DNA of 64,000 bases from an uncultured Opitutaceae bacterium. GTDB taxonomy: Bacteria; Verrucomicrobiota; Verrucomicrobiia; Opitutales; Opitutaceae. The notes beneath the pieces are model-generated. The model saw nothing but the letters and a program-made list of their open reading frames with translations, was not told where the DNA came from and did not search any database. Position numbers and translations under genes: made by a program. The DNA is taken from NCBI GenBank assembly GCA_964574435.1, contig CAZNNO010000009.1:3828-67827 (forward strand). The letters are read 5' to 3'. Below, piece after piece: positions 59,401 through 64,000 of this stretch; the first letter of the stretch is position 1; every line of letters begins with the position of its first letter.

Positions 59401-61398
59401 TTAGGAGCGCTTGGAACCGCGGCCGGGGACGGCGCGAACAGGGGGTGTAGGTTTTCGGGGATCGGCGCGGAGTACCAGGCTCTCCAGCCGGATCAGCTCG
59501 GCAAGGGACCACGCCTGGAACGGGCAGCCGCCGGGCGTGTGGGGAGCGTCGCCGTCGGCGACCTCGCTCACGTGCCTCAGGCCCGAGGTGCCGAGATGGG
59601 CGTGGATCGGCGCCAACAGGCGCTGGCGAACCTCGGTTCGATTGAGCGGCGTATTTCCCTTCACCCGCAGCCACGCCTCGGCATACGCACCGATGAGCCA
59701 GGGCCAGACGGTGCCCTGGTGGTAGGCACCGTCGCGTTCGCGCACGCCACCGGCATAGCGGGCCCGGTAGTCGGCATGCCCCGGGTCAAGGGAGCGGAGG
59801 CCGAGAGGGGTGAGCAGCCGCTCCTCCACGATTCGCAGGACGCCTTCCGCCCGTTCGCCTGAGAGCAGCGCGAACGGCAGGCCGCCAATCGCAAGGATCT
59901 GGTTCGGTCTCACGCTGGCGTCGATCCGGCCTGCGCGGTGGTCAGCGTCGACGACGTCGAAGAGGCATCCCAGCGCGGGGTTCCAAAACCTGAGGAGAAA
60001 GGAGGCGTTCGCCCGCTCCGCAAGGTCCGCCCATCCCGGATTGAATTTTGCGGCAATCCGAAGGGCGTTGATCCAAAGCGCCTGGACTTCGACCGGCTTC
60101 CCGATGCGCGGCGTGACCACCCAGTCGTCCACCTTCGCGTCCATCCACGTGAGCTGCACTCCGGGCTGTCCGGCGCTGAGCAGCCCGTCCTCGTCGGCGC
60201 CTATGCCGAACCGGGTACCTCGAGCGTAGCCCTCCACGATCGCCTCGACGGCCTCGAGCAGGCTCCTCAGCTCGCCGTCGGCGGCCGGCCTGCCCGCGAC
60301 GAGCATCGCCTCGATATAGTCGTGGACGGCGACGATGTACCAGAGCGAGGCGTCGACGGAGTTGTACTCCGGCCGGCCGTTGCCGTCCGGAAAGAAGTTG
60401 GGCAGCATCCCCTCTGAGACGGCGCCGGACCATGCGAGCAGGATGGAACGGGCCGTGTCCAGGCAGCCCGTAGCCAGGCAGAGCCCGCGCAGGCTGATGA
60501 ACGTGTCGCGCCCCCAATCGGTGAACCAGGGGTAACCTGCGATGATCGTATGCCCGGTGCCGCGCCGCACGATGTAGTCGTCCGCAGCCTGGTGGAGGGC
60601 GCTGGCGAAGGCGCCCCGCCGCCTGAGCTCAGCCTCGCGCCATTTTTTGGCGACCGAGGCCGCGGGGTTCTGGAAGAAGTCGCCGTAGCCCTCGCCTGTC
60701 ATCGGCGCAGCGAGGATTAGCACCGCGGGGCCGTCTCCCAGATTCCAGGAAAAGACTCCTGGCGCTGCAAGATCCTCGCTGGCGTCGAGGCCCCTGGCGC
60801 TCTCCTCCTCGTAAAGGAACTGACGGTACCACTCGGGAGCATGGGTGTAGCAGCCGTTCGACTTCACCGAGACCGCCGGCACGCCGGGGTACGGCTGCCA
60901 ACGGAGCAGGCCGCCGATACGCTCGGGCTCAAAGCGGAACTCCCGGTTCTCATGGTGGGTTGAGTGCAGGTCCCTGCCTGAAAAAAAGGGACGGACCTCG
61001 AGCGGCAGGTCCGCCTTGTCACCCACGAGACTCCAAATGACAACCGTTGCCGCAGGCTCGCGCACCGCGAATACCTCCTGGCGGACCTCGCGGCCGCCGC
61101 GAATCGAAAAAGACCACGTCGGCCACGGCTCACCCTCGAAGCTCCTTATGGAATCGGCCCCATCGGGAGCCGTGACACCCGGCTGGTAGCGCTGGGCGCT
61201 CAGCGCCACGCGATCGGGCCCCGCCCCGACGAAGGCGTCGAGCCCATTGACGAGCACAAACCGGTTCGACGGGGAGTCTGCCGCGCGCAAGAGCAGCGCA
61301 TGGTAGCGACGCGTGCGGGCGAGGGCGACCGTGCCCGAGGCGAATCCGCCCAGGCCGTCGGGCTCCAGCCATTCCTGGTTAGCAAAGCGTGCGGTCAT
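59401..61398 (-). CDS. Glycogen debranching enzyme family protein (amylo-alpha-1,6-glucosidase, GDE_N plus GDE_C)
   Basis: ATG at 61398. EWLEPDGLGGFASGTVALARTRRYHALL, GYPWFTDWGRDTFISLRGL, QGTVWPWLIGAY. Confidence 0.9.
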   Translation of the reverse strand: MTARFANQEWLEPDGLGGFASGTVALARTRRYHALLLRAADSPSNRFVLVNGLDAFVGAGPDRVALSAQRYQPGVTAPDGADSIRSFEGEPWPTWSFSIRGGREVRQEVFAVREPAATVVIWSLVGDKADLPLEVRPFFSGRDLHSTHHENREFRFEPERIGGLLRWQPYPGVPAVSVKSNGCYTHAPEWYRQFLYEEESARGLDASEDLAAPGVFSWNLGDGPAVLILAAPMTGEGYGDFFQNPAASVAKKWREAELRRRGAFASALHQAADDYIVRRGTGHTIIAGYPWFTDWGRDTFISLRGLCLATGCLDTARSILLAWSGAVSEGMLPNFFPDGNGRPEYNSVDASLWYIVAVHDYIEAMLVAGRPAADGELRSLLEAVEAIVEGYARGTRFGIGADEDGLLSAGQPGVQLTWMDAKVDDWVVTPRIGKPVEVQALWINALRIAAKFNPGWADLAERANASFLLRFWNPALGCLFDVVDADHRAGRIDASVRPNQILAIGGLPFALLSGERAEGVLRIVEERLLTPLGLRSLDPGHADYRARYAGGVRERDGAYHQGTVWPWLIGAYAEAWLRVKGNTPLNRTEVRQRLLAPIHAHLGTSGLRHVSEVADGDAPHTPGGCPFQAWSLAELIRLESLVLRADPRKPTPPVRAVPGRGSKRS

Positions 61399-61417
61399 GG
61401 TCGGCTCGGCAATCGGC

Positions 61418-62290
61418 CTAGCCTCCGGTATCGAATCCGGGGTAGAGCGTCATGCCTCCGTCCACGAAAAGGGTGGTCCCGTTCACGTAGTCGGAATCGT
61501 CGGAGGCGAGCCACACCGCGGCGCGGCCGATCTCCTCGGCCTCGCCGATGCGCTTGTACGGGATCAGCTTCAACAGCGCCTCATAGGCTCCACGTGTTCC
61601 CCAGGCCTCGGTGTTTATGGGCGTGCGGATCGCGCCCGGGCCGATGCTGTTGACTCGGATTCTCCAGGGGGCGACCTCCTGTGAAATGCTCTTCATCATG
61701 AGCATTACTCCGCCCTTTGACGCGGCGTAGTTCACGTGGCCGGCCCAGGGGATAACCTCGTGGACGGACGACACGCAGATGATCTTGCCGGCCGAGCATG
61801 AGACCTCCTTTCGCACCCCCCGCCGCTTGAACTCGCGCACGGCCTCCCTGGCGCAAAGGAACTGCCCGGTCAGGTTCACATCGATGACCCGCTGCCAATG
61901 TGCCAGGCTGAGTTGGTCGAAGGGCGCATCCTTTTGAATGCCGGCGTTGTTGACGAGGATGTCCACCGTCCCGAAATGCTCGCGGGCGAGGGCGAACATG
62001 CCCTGGACGTCCGCTTCGCTGCTCACGTCAGCCTTGTGGATGATGGCCTTTGCGCCGCAGCGGCGGATTTCCTCGGCGACGGCTTCCGCGTCCTCCGGGC
62101 CGGAGACATAGTTCACCATCACGTCCGCGCCGGCGTGGCCGAGCGCGATCGCGATGGCCTTTCCGATCCCGGAACTGGCGCCGGTGACGATTGCACGCTG
62201 GCCGCGGAGCACCTTGGAGATCGAGCAGGCGGGCATCACCGGCTCGGGGAAGTTCTGTTTTACGAATTCGGGATCTATTGTCGGGCTCAT
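61418..62290 (-). CDS. SDR family oxidoreductase (glucose 1-dehydrogenase-like)
   Basis: ATG at 62290. TGASSGIGKAIA, NNAGI, and the YAASKGG catalytic Tyr-x3-Lys. Confidence 0.9.
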   Translation of the reverse strand: MSPTIDPEFVKQNFPEPVMPACSISKVLRGQRAIVTGASSGIGKAIAIALGHAGADVMVNYVSGPEDAEAVAEEIRRCGAKAIIHKADVSSEADVQGMFALAREHFGTVDILVNNAGIQKDAPFDQLSLAHWQRVIDVNLTGQFLCAREAVREFKRRGVRKEVSCSAGKIICVSSVHEVIPWAGHVNYAASKGGVMLMMKSISQEVAPWRIRVNSIGPGAIRTPINTEAWGTRGAYEALLKLIPYKRIGEAEEIGRAAVWLASDDSDYVNGTTLFVDGGMTLYPGFDTGG

Positions 62291-62344
62291 GATGAAGGTT
62301 GGGATTGGGTCGAAGGGGATGCGGATTAGATGGCCCGTTAACCA

Positions 62345-62386
62345 ATTTATTCCCTCTGCAAAAAAAGGCTTTTCCCGGGAATAAAT
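62345..62386. promoter_or_regulatory. Perfect 10-bp inverted repeat ATTTATTCCC / GGGAATAAAT with a 22-nt spacer (terminator or operator candidate)
   Basis: Read directly in the 111-bp spacer between the aquaporin stop (62402) and the SDR start (62290). The spacer contains an A7 run. Confidence 0.3.
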
Positions 62387-62401
62387 CGGCCGATTCCTTG
62401 C

Positions 62402-63238
62402 TCAGAGCGGGGGAGTTTCGGGAGGCAACGATTTCTGGGAGTATTCGCAGAAGATGCATCGCATCCGGTCCACGTGCCTGAGCTTGGCGCACCTGACGCG
62501 CCGAAGACCGTAGCGCGCGCGGTACGCCGCCGCCGCTGCGATCATGCCGAGCGGCGGCGCCACGAGATAAACCCAGAGTGCCGTCATGTCTCGGGCGGCG
62601 ATCGCGCTCGCGAGCGTTCGCGCGGGATTGAGGCTCATGCCGGAGTATGGTGCCTCCAACGTGATGAAGAGGGCCACACAGGCGCCCGCGGCCACGCCTG
62701 TGTAGCGGGCGATGCTCGGCGTGTTAGAGAATGTCAGAACGACCCCCATCAGGATAAAGGTGATCGCGAACTCCGCGCCGAACGCGCCGGCCGGGCCCGC
62801 CGGCCCGGGCCGGGTGACCACGAAGTACACGGCCGGATGCGCGAGCCACCGGCCGATCGCCAGTGAGGCCGCTGCCATTCCGAGTGAGCCGCCAAGGAAT
62901 TGGGCGACGGCGTAGCCCACGAGGTCCCGGTGTGCGACCTTGCCGAGCCAGAAGAACGTGAGCGTGACGGCGGGGTTGAAATGAGCCCCGGACCGCTGGC
63001 CCCAGGGCGAGTAGATCAGGGCGATGGCGGTCGCCCCCATTGCGGCGCCCATGATTGCGCGCCGAAGCAGGGCGCTCGGAATCAAGGCGTGGAAGGGGGA
63101 GGCGGGATGCTCGAGCAGCACCGCGAAGATGCTCGCCGAGATCATGAAAAGGCCGAGGCCTGCGGCCTCGATCAGGTACTCGCGCCAGTTAGGGGGCGCG
63201 GCCCCGTTGGTCCTACCGCCGCTGGAGCTCAACGACAT
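62402..63238 (-). CDS. MIP/aquaporin family channel with Cys-rich C-terminal tail
   Basis: The internal ATG at 63238 gives MSLSSSGGRTNG. Two NPA boxes (HFNPAVTL, LNPARTL) and six TM helices. The tail is RCAKLRHVDRMRCIFCEY. The extension to 63505 is rejected. Confidence 0.9.
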   Translation of the reverse strand: MSLSSSGGRTNGAAPPNWREYLIEAAGLGLFMISASIFAVLLEHPASPFHALIPSALLRRAIMGAAMGATAIALIYSPWGQRSGAHFNPAVTLTFFWLGKVAHRDLVGYAVAQFLGGSLGMAAASLAIGRWLAHPAVYFVVTRPGPAGPAGAFGAEFAITFILMGVVLTFSNTPSIARYTGVAAGACVALFITLEAPYSGMSLNPARTLASAIAARDMTALWVYLVAPPLGMIAAAAAYRARYGLRRVRCAKLRHVDRMRCIFCEYSQKSLPPETPPL

Positions 63239-64000
63239 GGCCGTCGGGATCACGCACAAGGAGGTCCGCCGGATCCTCATTGGGCGATTGGGTCGAGACG
63301 AGGCGGCCGCCAGCGCGCAGCAGCTTGTCCGCCGCGGCCCTCGGGCTGTACGTCGCCACGGTGGTGCGCCAGGCCACGAGGTCGTTGAGCCGCGCGTCCG
63401 GGGGCATCGGGCGACCGTCCCCAGGGGAAAGATATTCCAGGAGCTCGACCCCGAGGCTTCCCGGGATCCGAAGGGAGGTGATGCGAAGGTGCGCGCCAAA
63501 GACATTGTTCAGCCGCTCCTGCTCGGGCCCAAAGTTCTCAGAGGTTCCCGAAACCCCTAGCCCGAGCACGTCACGGTAGAAGGCGAGGCTCCGCTCGGTG
63601 TCCGAGACGACCAGGGCGGTGTGGTCGATGCCGAGAAACAGCCGGCCCGTGTCGGCGTGCTGCCATCGTGGGTCGCCCTTCCCATCTGGAAAATGGATGA
63701 CCTCAAGGTGGTGCCCGTCCGGATCGCGAAAATAAAAAGCCTCGATGCCGCCGGCATTCGGGTTCCAGTCCGGAAGGCGTTGCGGGGCAGGGGATCCGTG
63801 GCGCACGTGAAGGGCGCGCAGGTGGGCATAGGCGCGGTCCATGTCCGAGGTGACGATGGCTATGTGCTGAAACCAACGGTCGTTACTGCGTGTTCCCTGC
63901 GGGAAAGGCGCTCCCTCTGGCGCGAGGAACTCAACGAGCTCAATTTCCTCGGCTCCGAGGCTCAGGCGTTCCGACCGTGCCCGCGCCCCGAAGACCCCGG
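63213..64000 (-). CDS. VOC (glyoxalase/bleomycin-resistance/dioxygenase) family protein; 5' end lies outside the window
   Basis: The frame stays open upstream of the listed Met (hand translation ...NDRWFQHIAIVTSDMDRAYAHL). Repeated VOC modules are present (FYFRDPDGHHLEVI, IDHTALVVSDTERSLAFYRDVLGL, VRDPDGHVVEL). Confidence 0.8.
   Translation of the reverse strand, partial: GVFGARARSERLSLGAEEIELVEFLAPEGAPFPQGTRSNDRWFQHIAIVTSDMDRAYAHLRALHVRHGSPAPQRLPDWNPNAGGIEAFYFRDPDGHHLEVIHFPDGKGDPRWQHADTGRLFLGIDHTALVVSDTERSLAFYRDVLGLGVSGTSENFGPEQERLNNVFGAHLRITSLRIPGSLGVELLEYLSPGDGRPMPPDARLNDLVAWRTTVATYSPRAAADKLLRAGGRLVSTQSPNEDPADLLVRDPDGHVVELQRR

Noticed and set aside
1-64000. CRISPR arrays, rRNA genes, prophage structural modules, integrons
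   Set aside because: No regularly spaced direct repeats, no rRNA-like conserved stretches and no capsid, terminase or integrase genes were seen. The tail-collar genes are isolated paralogs rather than part of a prophage.

Overview
High-GC (roughly two-thirds G+C) bacterial chromosomal segment, densely coding on both strands. Fused ccoNO, PEP-CTERM proteins and large Ig/propeller surface proteins suggest a PVC/Verrucomicrobia-like organism (inference only). No rRNA, tRNA or CRISPR array was recognised. Layout: (1) 1-6600, envelope glycan genes (glf, GT2) and housekeeping genes (OYE reductase, ogt, lactate permease, EVE-domain protein). (2) 6611-19640, the main item: a tightly coupled six-gene minus-strand operon encoding a TM-anchored FNR-type flavoprotein with 2Fe-2S, a double cNMP-binding/four-cluster ferredoxin fusion, a four-His membrane protein, a signal-anchored decahaem cytochrome with a cytoplasmic Cys-rich domain, a large outer-membrane barrel lipoprotein and a secreted decahaem cytochrome fused to an LVIVD beta-propeller. 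A multihaem cytochrome gene is transcribed divergently. I read this as a porin-cytochrome-type electron conduit with an atypical NAD(P)H-linked, possibly cyclic-nucleotide-gated inner-membrane feeder. (3) 19618-34470, a haem and oxidase neighbourhood: tandem GlcG/HbpS protein, hemA, hemN, ccoS-ccoNO-ccoQ-ccoP-ccoG-ccoI and a second PCP-motif P-type ATPase. (4) 34492-43982, carbohydrate and envelope genes. (5) 44450-52989, an operon of three tail-collar paralogs plus a 1000-aa repeat protein, next to tailoring-type enzymes (GNAT, Asp/Asn beta-hydroxylase, sulfotransferase, PhyH) and a small Nif11-like protein. (6) 52990-55840, a lower-GC islet with an orphan HslV/proteasome-like Ntn hydrolase abutted by an IS1-family transposase. 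(7) 56651-64000, GH63-like and glycogen-debranching genes, an SDR, an aquaporin and a VOC protein. All family assignments come from motif recognition by eye; no database search was run.
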